The notes under the pieces are model-generated. The model had not been told where the DNA came from. It saw nothing but the letters and a program-made list of their open reading frames with translations, and did not search any database. DNA of 64,000 nucleotides from Lama glama (lineage: Eukaryota): positions 23,748,001-23,812,000 of the forward strand of contig CM052818.1 in assembly GCA_028534125.1 (NCBI GenBank). The letters are read 5' to 3'. Positions within the stretch are counted from its first letter, which is position 1. Each line of letters opens with the position of its first letter. Shown in pieces: positions 12,901-27,505 of the stretch. The translations under genes and the position numbers were made by a program.

Positions 12901-15355
12901 ACTACTCGAAAAAATTGAATAGAAGGGAACACTCCCAAACTCATTCTAGGAGGCCACCATCACCCTCATACCAACACCAGGCAAAGACACTACAAAAAAA
13001 AAAAAAAGAAAAGAAAAAAAGAAAAGAAACGAAAAAATTACAGGCCAATATCTTTGATGAATATAGATACAAAAATCCTCAGCAAAATATTAGCAAACCA
13101 AATCAAACAATACATAAAAAGGCTCATACACCACAATCAAGTTGGATTCATTCTGGGATCACAAGAGTGGTTCAGCATATGCAAATCAGTGTGATACACC
13201 ACATTAACAAAAGGAAAGACCAAAATGACACGATCATCTCAATAGATGCAGAAAGAGCCTATGACAGTGTGCCAACATCCATTCTTAAAAACTCTCACCA
13301 ATGAGGGTACAGAGGGAATATTTCTCAACATACTAAGAGCCATGTATGAAAAACCCAGAGCCAACATAAAACTCAGCTGTGAAAGTTTAAAGCCTGCCTG
13401 CTAAATTTAGGAACAAGACAAAGATGCCCACTCTCACCACTTCTATTCAGTGTAGTATTGGAAATCATAGCCACAGCAATCAGATGAGAAAAAGAAATAA
13501 AAGATAACCAAATTGGAAGGGAAGAGGTAAAACTGTCACAATTTTCAGATGACATGATACTCTATATAGAGAACCCTAAAAACTCCACACACAAAAATCC
13601 TATAACTAATTAAAATGAATTCAGCACTGTAGCAGGATACAAGATTAATATATAGAAATCTTTTGCATTTCTTTACACTAATAATGAAATATCAGAAAAT
13701 TAAAGTAAAAAAAAAACCCCACTTGTTTAAAAATCACATAAAAAATAAATACCTAGGAATAATCTTAACCAAGGAGGTAAAAGATCTGTATTATGAAAAC
13801 TGAAAAAAAAAACTGATAAAGAAAATCGAACATGATTCAAGTAAATGATAAGATATCCTGTGCTCTTGGATTGGAAGAACTAATATCATTAAAATGACTA
13901 AACTACCCCAAAGCAGTTTACAGATTTAATGCAATTCCTGTCAAAATACCCATGACATTTTTCACAGAACTAGAACAAATAATTCTAAAGTTTACATGGA
14001 ACCAGGAAACGTTCCAGAATTGCCAAAGCAATCCTGAAGTAAAAGAACAAAGCTGAAGATACAACCCTTCTAGACTTCAGACTATTCTACCAAGGTACAG
14101 GAATCAAAGCAGTGTGGTAGTGTCACAAAAAAGATCTGTAGCTCAATGAAACAGAATAGACAGCCCAGAAGTCAACCCAAGCATCTGCAGCCAGTTAATC
14201 TATGACAAAGGAAGCAAGAATCTACAATGGGAAATGACATTCTCTTCAACAAGGAGAGTTTGGAAAGCTGGACAGCTTCATGTAAATCACTGAAATTAGA
14301 ACACTCCCTCATACTACATACAAAAATAGACTCCAAATAGTTTAAAGACCTAAATATGACATGATGCCATAAAACTCCTAGAAGAGAACATAGGCAAAAC
14401 ATTCTGACATAAATTATAGCAATATTTTCTTAGGTCAGTCTCCCACAGTGAAAGAAAGAAAAGTGGCAATAAACCTAAAGAGACATTTTTCAAAGATGAC
14501 ACACAGATGCCCAGCAAGCACATGAAAAGATGCTCAATATTGCTAATTATTAGAGAAATGCAAATCAAAACCACAATGAGGTATCACCTCACATCTGTCA
14601 GAATGGCTATCATCAAAAAGTCTACAAATAATCAATGCTGAAGAGGGTGTATGAAAAACAGGAACCCTCTTACACTGTTTGTGGGAATGTACATTTGTGC
14701 AACCACTATGGAAAACAGTATGGAGAGTCCTTAGAAAACTAAAACTAGGGCTACGCTATTACTCAGCAATCCCATTCCTCGGTATTTATCTGGAAAAAAA
14801 ACTAATTCCAGTGCACCCCAGTATTCATAGCAGCACTATTTACATAGCCGAGACACGCAACAATCCAAGGGCCCATCAACAGCAGACTGACACAAGAAGA
14901 AATGGTGTGTATATACAGTGGATATTATATAGCCATAAAAAGCAATGAAATATTGCCATTTGCAGCAACATGGACAGACCTAGAAAATATTATACTTATT
15001 GAAGTACATCAGACAAAGACAAATACTATATGATATCACTTATTATGTGGAATCTAAAACATAATACCAATGAATCTATATATCAAACAGAAACACACCC
15101 ACAGACATAGAAATAAACTTATGGTTATCAAAGGGAAGAAGGAGTGAGGGAGGGACAAATGAGGCACACAGATTAACAGATACAACTACTACACGTGAAA
15201 TAGGTAAGCAACAAAGATTTACTGTATAGGGCTGAGAATTATATTCAATATCCTGCAATAACCTATAATAGATTATAATCTGAAAAAAATAACTGAATAT
15301 GCTATACACCTAAAACTAACACAGTATTTTAAAACCATACTTCTAAAAAAATTAA
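9975..15355 (+). mobile_element. Near full-length but dead LINE-1 (5' UTR, partial ORF1, ORF2 remnants, 3' UTR, A-tail) with internal deletions
   Basis: GC-richer 5' UTR from ~9975, homologous to 62666-63815. ORF1-like peptide at 11373-11600 (VIKMLTELRK...LEAMNSRLNDTEQVSDQE). ORF2 EN/RT nucleotide motifs (e.g. 'atcatctcaatagatgcagaaag', 'ttttcagatgacatgatactctatatagagaaccctaaa'). C-terminal [15 protein letters not shown] and a typical 3' UTR. Many stops and frameshifts; a jump from ORF1 to ORF2 at ~11612. Confidence 0.95.
12649..12779 (+). mobile_element. Short 3' end of a different L1 subfamily nested inside the L1 ORF2
   Basis: 'aatgtgacaatgaatatatgtatgttcatgtataactga...gactgtaactcaataaaaaatgtaaaaaaaaaa' interrupts ORF2 between 'ttgaacaaactaaat' and 'gaaatagaatc'. 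The corresponding ORF2 sequence is uninterrupted at 46143-46178. Confidence 0.8.
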
Positions 15356-17399
15356 AAGATAAACTCCCATTTGAGTACACTAAGAATCTTTCAAATGATT
15401 TGCTTCAGATTAGAACAACGAGTAGATTCAAATCAGCCCAAAGAGCAAACTGTCTTGGCAGTGATGTTCCCACTAGAAAAGCCTTTATTCCCTGGTGGCC
15501 ACAGTGAGTGAAAACTGTCAAATGAAAATGTATCTATGCATGGAACTACAGCCATATCAAAGCTTGCATTTCTTCAATTAAAAATGTACCTTTTCCCTTG
15601 AGGATATATGTATTTTTTTTTATCGTCTGCCCTGTTCCCTGTTATTTCCTACTTACTCTGTAGACTGTCACTCTGGTATCATTCTCTCAGCCAACCATCA
15701 TCTGAACACTTGTGCAGAGTTGTTATCTTTGTTGTTTCCAGAACTCACTCTGTGCCTATCTCTTGTGATTTATCCTGCATTAAATTATTAATTTTGCTTC
15801 CCTGTCCCCTTTGCCAGACTTAGAGCTCCTTGGGGTTCAAAATTTTGTTTTGACTTTTATTCCTACTACTTAGCACCAATTTTTAATGTATGACAGGTAG
15901 TAATTTAAAGAGAGATGGAAGGATGGATCAGAGAGGGAGAGAAGGGAAAAACAGAAACTTAAATGGAAGGGAAAAAATCTTAAAACGTCTCTAAAGCGTG
16001 AGAAAGATTAACCCTAATTTCAGATTAAAAAAAAAAAAAGCTATAGTCGCCTTGAAATGAAAGGAGAGAATTATCCAATAGGAGCCTCCTTTCTTTAGGC
16101 TTTGCCTGAGGCAGAAGTTGCAAAGCATGTGCAAAAAGAACATAGTGATTTGTAAAATTATGGAGTCCTATACGTAAATATCACCAGTCTTCTACAGTTT
16201 ACCCTTTAAATACCACACAGAAGACATACTGATAGACTGTGTAACAATTTTTGTAGTACTTTTCATTTAAAGCATCTAGAATCTAAGGATAAGAAATGAA
16301 AATATGATGAAAAGTAATATATGTATATACAGATACATGGATAAATACATTTGGATATATGTATATATATGGATTAGTCAGTATATGTTTGAATGACAGG
16401 CTTTGGTATTAGTATAAATCGAGGTAAATTAATAAGCATAAGGTTTTAGTCTGTGTGTTTGAATACACATTCTTATGAATAACTAATATGATATGAAAAC
16501 ATATTGGGGGAAATGAATGTATTTTGTCGAAGCAGAAACTGTAAAATAACAGCACTCTGCTACAGTCCTAGTTTTACATTTGGAGAACTTGAGGCAACAG
16601 TTATTTGTCTGCCATCACAGAGCTAGTACCGCACCCAAATAACTTTCTCTCTCTTTTTTTTTTTAAACAACTCAAAAACAGAGAAAATAATTAGAATCAG
16701 TTATAATTTAACAGGAAATAATAATAATAAAAAAAACCCACCCCAAGCTCACTGTTGGAGAGAAGAAAGTAAGTTGTAAATGTCCTGCTTAATGACATGT
16801 TTCGACACTTTTCGGTTGAACTTTCAGTTTTCTGGGGATACCACTGGGAAATTTGTGCCAAAGTTTTTATGCTCTTTCTGATAGTTCAAAATGGTTGGCT
16901 GGATTTTATTTTTTTTGTAATAGAAAATTTTTTTCTCTAAAAGAGCTCTGTTACCTTTCCATTATACCATAGAGTAGAAAATTCTGAAAAAAATATATAT
17001 GTGCCTATAGAAAGTGCTGTGTGCTTGCTTCCTATGTATGGATACAGGTCTACATCAAAAGGTCAGCTTCTTTCCAGGATACAATCAATTGCATCATCTT
17101 AATGAAATTTTTCCTTTTCATCTTTGCATGTGTGTGATATAATGACTAATCACAGACTACTCTCTTCGGGCATATTTGTCAGCCACTAATTTTCAGTTAG
17201 ACAGCAAACACAGACTTAATCAGTCCTGAGTGGGAGCTCAGGTTCTAAACCTCAATCACATCCGTCTACCAGTCAGCACCAGGACTTCTTGCTGAGTGAG
17301 CAGGAGTCTCTTTTCTACCTACATAGGTAAGGGGGAAAGGTAGGTAAAAGTATTTGGAAACTCCTCTCAAGGACCTTGCTTCCATTGCAGAGTTGTTGT

Positions 17400-17480
17400 C
17401 AAAAATATAAGTGGCAAGGCAAAAATTTTTTTTTAGCCCATTGTTGAAAGAAAATAATTTTGCCTTGCCGTTTATATTTG
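17400..17480. repeat. Imperfect palindrome (inverted repeat, ~22-34 bp arms)
   Basis: aaatataagtggcaaggcaaaa (17403-17424) versus ttttgccttgccgtttatattt (17458-17479): 20/22 complementary, extendable inward through A/T runs. Confidence 0.85.
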
Positions 17481-17774
17481 AGGGAAAAATTCACACATTT
17501 TAACTTCTGAGTCAACAAGGTCATTTTTGACTCAGCACTTAACTGATAGCTTATCCCTCTGTTGTTTCACTCTTGGTTCTTCCAATATCAAGTACCTGGA
17601 GGAGCTGGGGCTTTTACAAGAAGGCTTTCACATCACCAGTAGGACAGCCGAAGACACAGCAACAGACGCTGTCCGAGAGGGCTCCAAAGGGGAGACGGGA
17701 GATCAAGCATGGCAGAGCTGTTCTATTCAAATTTTTTAAAAAATCTTTAGTTTTAAATGTTTAAGTCTGTATTA

Positions 17775-18860
17775 TTTTATTGAGATGGAATTCACATGCC
17801 ACATCATTCACCCATTTAAAGTGTGTAATTCCTTAGGGTTTTTTGCATATTCACAGATAACGTGCAATTATCATCACAGTCAATTTTAGAACATAGCGTC
17901 ACCTGAAAAAGGAGGCTCATGTCCTTTCGCTATCACTGCCCATCACCTCTCCACCCTCTCCCCCAGGCTTAGGCAACAACCCACTTTTTGTCTCTGTAGA
18001 TCTCCCTATTCTGAACTTTTCCCGTGAATGGAATCATATAATATGTGGACTGTGGTGACTAGATTCTTTCAATTGTCATAATGTTTTCAAGGTTCATTAG
18101 CAGTACTTTATTCCTTTTTGTGGCCAAATATTATTCCATTGTATGGCTATGTTATATTTTATGCATCCAGTTGTTTGTTCATGGACATTTGAATTGTTTT
18201 CTCCTTTTTGCTATTGTAAATAATGCAGCAACAAACATTGCCACAGTAGTATCTATGCCCCTGTTTTCAGTTACTTGGAGTATATATCTAGGAGTGAAAT
18301 TGCTGGGTATGCTGACTCTGCTTAACTTTTTGAGGAATCACTAAACTGTCTAACACAGTGTCTGTGATAATTTATATTCATGCCAGATGCACACAAGGGT
18401 TCCAGTTTCTTCATAACCTCACCAACATTTGTTATTTTCTGTTTTTTAGAATAGCCATCCTAATAGATATGAAGTGCTATCTCACTATGGTTTAAATTTG
18501 CATTTCCCCAGTGATGTTGAGCATCTTTTCACATACTTACAATCATTTGTATATGTTTGGAGAAATGTGTGTTCAAGTCCTTAATCTATAATTTAATTGG
18601 GTTTATTTTGTTGTTGTTGTTCTTGAGTTGTGGGAGCTCTTTATATATTCTAGATATTAATCTCTTACCATATATATAATTTGCAAAAATCACGTTTAGT
18701 TTTAGCTCTTAAATTTAGGTCTTTGATCCATTTTAAGTTAGTATTTATATATGGTGTGAACTTCATTCTTTTGCATCTGGATATCCATTTGTTCCAGTAC
18801 CATTTCTTGAAAAGTCTGTTCCTTTCATTGAATGGTCTTGGTACCCTGGTTGAAAATGGG
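17775..18860 (-). mobile_element. Old L1 (L1M-type) 3' portion
   Basis: Antisense L1 3' UTR and ORF2 end: 'ttattccattgtatggct', 'tgctattgtaaataatgcagca', 'ttaaatttgcatttccc', 'tttaggtctttgatccatttt'. Confidence 0.85.
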
Positions 18861-19688
18861 TATAAGATAAACTGGTTGGTACTCAGTTTATCTTAGTAGA
18901 GGGGAGCATGCTTTTTGTCTAAGTCAGATTTTATATTGCTAAATATTTGTGTTATAAAATAATAGCTTCAAGAAAAAAATGGACGTTCTAAGTGTTGATT
19001 AGTGATGGACTATTACCAATAGAAATATCACTGTTTTTCAGAAAAACAGTTCTAACCATTTTAGTTTGGTGACTCATTCCAGGAGTGAATTCTGATAAGA
19101 GTAGTAGACAGTTAGGTCTATGGACAGAATGCAGATTTGTACTCCTGAGAATGCTGTATTTTTTTCAAAACCAAAATGTGAATGTGTCTGCACACTAACA
19201 GTAATGTGATCCTAATCAAAGCTTTGACCCTCAAGCAGGGACTGGCTTGCCTTGAAGTATATAAGCAACTCATGTGTAATTTCTACTGACAATAAAATTA
19301 CAACACAGCATAGATCTTTGTCAGCAATGTCATGACTGCTTTAAATGTGAAGGTCACAGTACAAAATACAAGGTGAAAAATTACTGAAACCCTTACTGAA
19401 ACCACAGTACTTTATTGAGATCTGAATACTCATCAAAATGCTGCTATATTTGAATTACAACCACTAAGCAAAATTTAAGTGTTTCCTAAGAAGAATTCCT
19501 AGAACCATTCATTAAGAATTAATTACAATTTAATTTGTGAGAATTAAATAACGATAGTCTGTCTTTACTTTTAGTATTTCAAATTCTTTAGGTCTAGTTA
19601 ATACCTAAGTGAAATGAAAGTTCTATTCTCCTTAATCAGAGAACTAGGAAAGTAAACTCAACTACTCTCTGGAATAAATATGGGCATT

Positions 19689-19717
19689 TGAGAGAGAGAG
19701 AGAGAGAGGGAGAGTGG

Positions 19718-19753
<36 letters not shown>

Positions 19754-19776
19754 TGTGTGTGTGTGTGTGTGTGTGT
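19689..19776. repeat. Compound (GA)n(GT)n microsatellite
   Basis: Read directly from the sequence. Confidence 0.95.
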
Positions 19777-21285
19777 TTATATGGATGTGGTCATGTGCCA
19801 AGAAAAATCCCAAAACAAGTAATTAGGTTGGAAATGGCTACTGCTAATGTAGATTCAAATATTTATTAAAAAGACTTAATGAGTTTTTAAACTAGTATAT
19901 ATTATTTAGACACAACATGGGAACACTTATTAGCTTAAATACTTCTAATTAGCATTAATAAATGTATTCACTGAACACTCACAGACATAATACTCCTGCC
20001 TGCTTTTCTTGGATGAAGAAACCACTTCATTAATCTTAGTATCAGTGGCCTCCCACTGGTAAGTAGTATTGGAAGTTAACAACAGAAGCAACACTGCCCC
20101 CAAAATGTCTTCCCATATTAATATGTCAACACCAATTGCTGCCAAGATCCTAAAATAGTTCAAAGAGAAAATCACAGGTGTTTGTTTTTGGTTTTGGTTT
20201 CTTTTTCTCCCCCCCTAGTTTTTCTGAAAGAGCACCGAGGCACAACAGGAACTGAGTAAGCTTAAGTCAGACTAACTACTCAGTTACTAAGAAGCCTAAG
20301 TTCTGAAGTATTCTTCCAGCACTTTTATGAGGAAAACATTATTTGTTGTGTGTCGAGGTGATCCTTGACACTTACCCAACTCTTCCATAAACCTGTGGCT
20401 TCTGATGTGAATGCCAACAATCTTAACCACGAGTTTAAGCTTTGAGGCTCTTACTGGTCATCTTAATTGTATTCCAGATATTAGAGTTTAGGAACAAAGA
20501 AAGTTGGGGTGAGGTGAACAGGAGAGAAATTGGGTGACAGACTAGGCTGGTCAACTTAGCCCATGTTGGTCTTCCTTGCAAGTAGTCGTGACCAAATGAT
20601 CAAGATACGGACAACGAAATGTTAAAGAAAATTTCTGGGTGGGCCTTCGGAAAAATCTTTCTACAAGGAATGAATCCAGCTGGCATGGAACTTTGGATTT
20701 TTCTCCAAAATCCTAGGTAAGCAACTGGAGTCTCTGCCTGCTCATTCCAGGGAAGAGAACATGTGAGTGCAGGGTGTTGGCCATCTTGGGATCATGAGAA
20801 CAAAGCCCATGTGCTAAAAAAAAATGGCAGACTGGAAAACAGACTCTAGGTCCGTGGGCCTCTGCCATCATCCGGGAGCTCAGCGCCAGGGATCTCGTTA
20901 CTTAAGAAATTAAGCTTCTCTCACAGAAGTTAAGGCAACTAGTGTCTTACGTTTCTAGATCTAAATATAACTTTATACAAGAGGTGGGATATTTAGAGAA
21001 TTTATTATAAAGCTTTTTAGAGTAAATCCCATTATCCCTTTGTTCTAGTCTGGAAGTCAAAAATTAGTGTATCTCTTGGTCTTGCCCAGTTGAGACACAA
21101 GAAAATCTTATTTCACGTGAGAATAAAAGCCTCAGCTCAAGGAATAAAGCTGTGAGGAAAATAATAAAGTTCAGTGGACCCTGAGTGTTGAAAAGGACCC
21201 TGAAGGCAAGTGCCTGCTGCTATGATACAGCCCGTCAAGGCCATGCTATGATGTTGTGGCACCTATTAGGGTGTTTGTATTGAAG

Positions 21286-21334
21286 AGTGTGTGTGTGTGT
21301 GTGTGTGTGCGCGTGCGTGCGTGTGCGTGCGTGC
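21286..21334. repeat. (GT)n/(GCGT)n microsatellite
   Basis: Read directly from the sequence. Confidence 0.95.
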
Positions 21335-24300
21335 AAAGTCTAACTGCAAAATGTGGAAAGCTGCAAAAGTACTCAGACATTGAGTAATTTGTTTTCTTGT
21401 GACTTTATCAATGACAAAAATCTTTGATCAAGATAAATAATAAAAACCTATGAGTACTTCCTTTCCATGGAAAGACCTAGTGCCTCCACAGTAATTATTT
21501 TTCCAGATTTGGGAGAAGGCATCTTTGTTCCACTCCTCTGGAATCATGTTAGTTTGATGGCAAAATGAGGACGAGAGGGAATTTATCATTTCAATTTATT
21601 TTTACTTCTGTCTCTCTTTTTCCCATTCCCCACCTTCACGTTCAATTCCCCTATCCCTAAGGGCCTTATATTTTTTCTCTTTCCTCTTTTCCCTTCCTCC
21701 TTCATCTTCAGAATCAGATCAAAGATCAGTGTAAGATTTGGACCTGGCTTGCCTGGCACTGCTAGAACGTCTTTACCCAGAGAGTCTAAGTGGATGGATA
21801 GAGTAGAGCTTCACTAACTTGTTTCCTAGTACATGGGTGCGTTACAAACTCGCGTGATTTCTTGCAGCATCACACTACTACCATAGCCCCCAGTATCAGT
21901 CGTCTACTAAGAGGCTCCTCTCTGAATTTCTGATTCCGCGTTCTTCTGAGATGTGGAAGGAAGAAAATGAACAGAACAATGACGATGATTTTCAACCATG
22001 ATCAAGTATTAGACTTGCCTGGAGGTGCTTCTTTTAAAAAATGATGCCTGAGCCCAAGTCATATTGAAAACTCAAAATACTGAGGCCCAGACTTTATTTT
22101 TTCTATGCCTTTCAGGTGATTTTTATAAGCAGATGAGGATACGAACCACTGAGAGGGAAGCTGGAATGGCAGCTCCAGGAATTATTAGCCCTGGGCTAGA
22201 GTTATAGGTACAGATAATTACGGCTTTTGGAGTGTGAGACTGCTTACTTGTTAATGTGTCACTATCTGCTTAAAAATAATGCAAGATACACCTGTTGCCT
22301 GTAAGATAATCAAATTCCTAAGCAGTATATTCAGGCCTTTTCACTCTCCCATAGGCAATTTATGATCCGGCGATTTCACATTGTTTTCTTGTCTAATCCA
22401 CCCCCCCTTGAGCTGACTGTTAGCTTCTGGAGAGGATGGACTGTGGCTTTTCATCTCTGTAGACCAGAGTATAGAGCAATGCCAGACACAGATAAGGGTC
22501 TCAAAAATAAGTCGAGAATTGTGTAGGTGTGATCATCTCAGTTCGTCAGTAAGGCAGTCTGAAATGAGGCTTATATGTTTTCACAAACGACTGTCGACTT
22601 CGGTGTATGGATAGATAAGGATTTACTCATTCAACATTTATTATGAAATTCTCATAAAGTAGACATTGTGCTAAGACTGGGGACACACTATGAAGTGGTG
22701 TTTCCTTTGAGGAACTCATGCTTTAGCGCATGTCATTTCTATACACTGGAAAGCATGCAAAGAGGTGAGAAAAACATGCTTTTGTTTAGCATGAAAAAGA
22801 AATGCAGACATGAGATTAATCATTTCTCATTTATGCTTAATTTTCATGCAATACAATAATAGAGATATTGTGAAACACAGGTCAGATTGTTGTAAGTCAT
22901 ATGTAGGTACAGTATACACCTCGGCTAACATGTTTTTAGCCTTTTACTTCCTATATGGCATGGCTGTTTGCTGAAAAATTGATTCATCTTGTTTCTGGAG
23001 ACTCTTCCATAATTCACACATAGAATTTTAGCCCTTATTTAAGAAAGGATATTTCAGAGAGGTTAAACAAATTAGAATGATAAATGAGGTATCATTAGAA
23101 AGATACAGGAATTGATAGCAAATAATGCAGGTATAAAGAACATGAATATGGGAAGACTGGGACTGGAGGGGGCAGGAGTTATGTAAATGTATGTGGTAAA
23201 CTTTCATTATATTTAAAGGCACTACTTGTACTATCTTCGAAAGAAATATTAAAGGGAAAAATTTTCCTTCAATCATTAATTACTCCTTTTCCCCTTCTTT
23301 CTAGCCGATATGCTAAAATCAGAGCTTACAATGATGGTGACTCTGAGTTATAGTGAAAGGGAATGAGGGGTTAAATATAATACTAAAATATTAAGGCAGA
23401 TTTAAGAGATGCAGCTAAACATCAGAACGCCTCTGACTAGAAATATCTCTCTTTGGATACAGAATAAATTTTACTTTTCAAGATTATGTCAAGTTGTATA
23501 ACTCTCGGAGGCTCACATCTCATGAATCATAGTTCTGGATTTATGGGGAGAGCGTAGGGCAGAGGGGACCCCAGGCGCCAGAAGCAGAAGAGGACAGTCC
23601 AAAGGCAGATGGGCCTCCCTAGGCGAGGATCAGACCTGTCCCTGGGGGGGAGCTGACCTCTCGCAGCAGAGGGATGGCTATGTCAGCCACATACTGCACT
23701 TTCACAGATCAAAATAATGAACCAAATACTCTGTGATGAACCATCCCACGCTGCCACTCTGTGCCCTCCCGAGACTGATTTTGATATAAATGACTTTCTT
23801 AAAAAAAAAAAAAAGGAATGCAGAACGCAAACGTCCGTCACTGGCGTTGACGGTATGGCTCTAAAACCTGGGCCTGCTCTGAGACTGGCATCTTTCGAAA
23901 CATACACAGAAGAATAAGGGAGTGAACACGCAGGGCCTCATTTCACTCTAAGCGGTATGATGTGCTCTGTGGGACTCATGAAAGGGAATTTAGAAAGACA
24001 TGAGGCCTTGGTTAGACTTCGAGGCCTGCCTGTCTTTCTGTTTGATTGGTTTGGTTTTCATTTTCTGAAATAAAGCCTAGGACCTTATAACCAACTTGCT
24101 GCCTCAGCTGAAATATGCTCTTGGCCCTGGGAAATGCATTTCCCACTCCCAAACAGAAGTTGTTAGACAGATGTGTAATCACATTCCTAAGCAACATACA
24201 CATTTGCCATGTTGCAAGTCTTTTAGAGATGTGTTTTTTTTTTTTTTACCACTTGTGTTCAAATAGAATTGAAGGGACCTATGACCAAAGGCTTATATGC

Positions 24301-24727
24301 AGCAACAAGGAGGGACATGGTGAAAGCCATCTTATTCCCAAGATGTCTACCTTAGGGAAAATAACTGAGCAATTACTCTCCTCTTCTCCCCTCTCCATCG
24401 AACCTAGGACCTGCTAGTCAAGCCCCCTAACACTGAGCTAACCCTCGCTCTAGCTGCCTTAGTTTCCTCCAGGCTCGGCTTCATCTCCCTCAAGTCAGGG
24501 AGTCTGCTGGGTTCCCGGGTCCCCGCTTTAGCCCTTTAACTGCGATAGGGCTGATATCCCACACTAGTATCGCTTTCACATAGACAGAAACCCAAATTAA
24601 TACATCGTGAGAAGCAGAATTAGGGTTTCTTAAGAAGCTGGGGGAATCAGTTATTACTGTGATGTAGAAAACTTGATTCTATTGTTATTTTGCTTTATTT
24701 GCCTTCATCCCCAAGTACTTCATGTTG

Positions 24728-25227
24728 NNNNNNNNNNNNNNNNNNNNNNNNNNNNNNNNNNNNNNNNNNNNNNNNNNNNNNNNNNNNNNNNNNNNNNNNN
24801 NNNNNNNNNNNNNNNNNNNNNNNNNNNNNNNNNNNNNNNNNNNNNNNNNNNNNNNNNNNNNNNNNNNNNNNNNNNNNNNNNNNNNNNNNNNNNNNNNNNN
24901 NNNNNNNNNNNNNNNNNNNNNNNNNNNNNNNNNNNNNNNNNNNNNNNNNNNNNNNNNNNNNNNNNNNNNNNNNNNNNNNNNNNNNNNNNNNNNNNNNNNN
25001 NNNNNNNNNNNNNNNNNNNNNNNNNNNNNNNNNNNNNNNNNNNNNNNNNNNNNNNNNNNNNNNNNNNNNNNNNNNNNNNNNNNNNNNNNNNNNNNNNNNN
25101 NNNNNNNNNNNNNNNNNNNNNNNNNNNNNNNNNNNNNNNNNNNNNNNNNNNNNNNNNNNNNNNNNNNNNNNNNNNNNNNNNNNNNNNNNNNNNNNNNNNN
25201 NNNNNNNNNNNNNNNNNNNNNNNNNNN
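24728..25227. other. Assembly gap (500 N)
   Basis: Run of N. ORFs called across it are artefacts. Confidence 1.
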
Positions 25228-25489
25228 CTGTTCATTCTTATCTTCCTGGGCACTTACTATAGGAAATATCATATCTTCATTCAGTCAACATAATTTCATT
25301 GTATGTAAGCTACTCATCAAGGTACTTGGGCTAATAATATAATTTTTAAAACATCCCTCCCCTCATGGATTTTCTAGTAAGAAGAGAAAGATAAACTGTA
25401 TACTATGTTACAAGTTTATTAGTGATGAACATAACAGAAGTAGTGATCAGAGGTGCCACAATGTTGGATTTGCAGTTTTCAGTACATCA

Positions 25490-26300
25490 CGCCTGGGGGA
25501 TGGCTGTTATCAAAGCACAAGCAATAACAAACTTGTTGGCAAGGATGTGGGTAAAAGGGAATTCTTGCTCTCTGTTGGTAGGACTGTACATTGGTGCAGC
25601 CTCTGTGGAAAAAAGTATCAATGTTTCCACAAAACGTTAAAAATTAAACCTCCATAAGATTCAGCAGTCCCACTTTTGGTTATATACCCAAAGCAAATGA
25701 AATCAGGATCTCAGAGAGACCTCTGCACTCAGCATTATTAATAGCCAAGGTCTACAACTAACCCAAGTGTCTGAATATAATTGAATATATACGTGAAATA
25801 TTTTATATAGAGAGAATAGAATATTTTTCTGCTATGATAAAGAAGAAAATCTGTCATTTGCAACAACATGTGTGAATGTGGAGGACCTTATGTTGATGAA
25901 ACAAGCCAGACTGGGAAACATGAATATTGTATGATCTCACTAATCTGTGGAATCTTTTAAAAAAAATTGAACCTTTAAAAGCAAAGAGTAGAAAAGCAGT
26001 TACCAGAAACTGGTAGGGTGGGGGATATGGGGAAATGCTGGTCAAATGGTACAGAGTTGTATGTAGGATGAGTAAGTCCATAGCTCTACTGTGCCAGCAT
26101 GAAGACTGTAGTTAATAATACTGTATTGAATATTGTAAATAGTCTAAGAATAGATTCAAGATGCACTCATCATAGAAAAAGTGTTAACTATATGTAAGGT
26201 CACATGTTAATTAGTGTAACTAGTAATCATTTCACTATTTTCATGTATATCAAATCATGTTATATGTCTTAATACTATTTTTTAAATGTATAAATTATAA
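25490..26300 (+). mobile_element. Old L1 3' portion
   Basis: 'ttggcaaggatgtgggtaaaaggga', 'ttggtgcagcctctgtggaaaa', 'gtcatttgcaacaacatg', 'actgtagttaataatactgtattg'. Confidence 0.85.
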
Positions 26301-27349
26301 AAAGTGAAATATGGCTAGTTGGAATTAACATCTGCCATCATTTTGTATTACTGCCTTGTACACCCATCTCCTTTGTAATTGAAAGCCAGTTGATGTGGGC
26401 AGCCAAGAAATTAGCATAGCGCAAAAGTCAGGTAGCTAGCTTACTTTTATTCTATGACAATTTTCTGCGAGTTTTTCCCCTGCTTGTTTCTTCTTAATAA
26501 ACCTCTAAGATGATTTTTTGTAATATAATTAGAAATTAGAAATCATTGCTCATATAAGATCAATCACAATGGAAAGTATTACTGAAATTAAAATACAGGT
26601 GAAGGAGAAAATAATTCAGAATGTACATTTTGGAATTTTTGCTGAGCTTTGAAGATAATGTTAACAGGAGGCAAAGTACCCTTGTATTGACTGTGCAGCC
26701 ATGTGTTAAATGAGAAAAGTATCATATTTTAATTATGAAGATTAACTTTTTTTGAAAACTAGTGATCTTTTAAAAGCAGTCTAATTAGATTCTTCACTTA
26801 AGCAATCTAGGCTAGAAAGATCATTATATTAAGAAAAATGTTTGAACTTGGTTTTATCTGCAAATCAAGGGCCATTTTTAATGTGATATTTAATTACTGT
26901 AACCATTTTTGATCACTTTAATATCATCTTTGAAAATTTCTGTGCATTTTAAAAGGCAGTAGAAATAAAGAGGCTTAGGTATCCACTGTACCTATTATCA
27001 CCAGTAACATCCCAAATTACATTGTTGACATTATCCTAGCGTAAGTATCTTTACCTTGTTAGCTTAGATTGTTAGGGTCCACTTCAAGAAGGGTACTTGA
27101 AATTTGTGCAGTTGACATTTTTTTTTTTTGCACCTCTCCAGGCAATGTGTAGATCCTCCCTGCACCCTGGTGTCCACTCCAACCTGACAGCCATTTCAGA
27201 GGTCCCTATGAACATCTCATGTAAGTCAACACCCCATTTATTTGGCTTTCTTTCCCTAGATTCTGGATCAAAATACATCTGTCCTGTATACTTGTAAATC
27301 CATTCACTATCCTAAAGGATTTGAATGCATAGTGGGTATCCCTTCTTAA

Positions 27350-27505
27350 GCAACACATAGTTTTTATCAGCATCAGCATCACTTGGGAATTTATTAGAAA
27401 TGTACAACCTCAGTTTTCACCCCAGACCTTTGAATCAGAATCTGCATTTTATAATGCATCCCCTAGTGATTTCTGAGCATATTAAAGTTTCACAAGTGTT
27501 GCCTT
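27350..27505. mobile_element. MER5A-like hAT DNA transposon remnant
   Basis: 'cagcatcagcatcacttgggaatttattagaaatg...cccagacctttgaatcagaatctgcattttata'. Confidence 0.7.

Noticed and set aside
24673..25342. Long ORFs spanning the first gap (likewise 41402-41989)
   Set aside because: Made of N-derived X residues.
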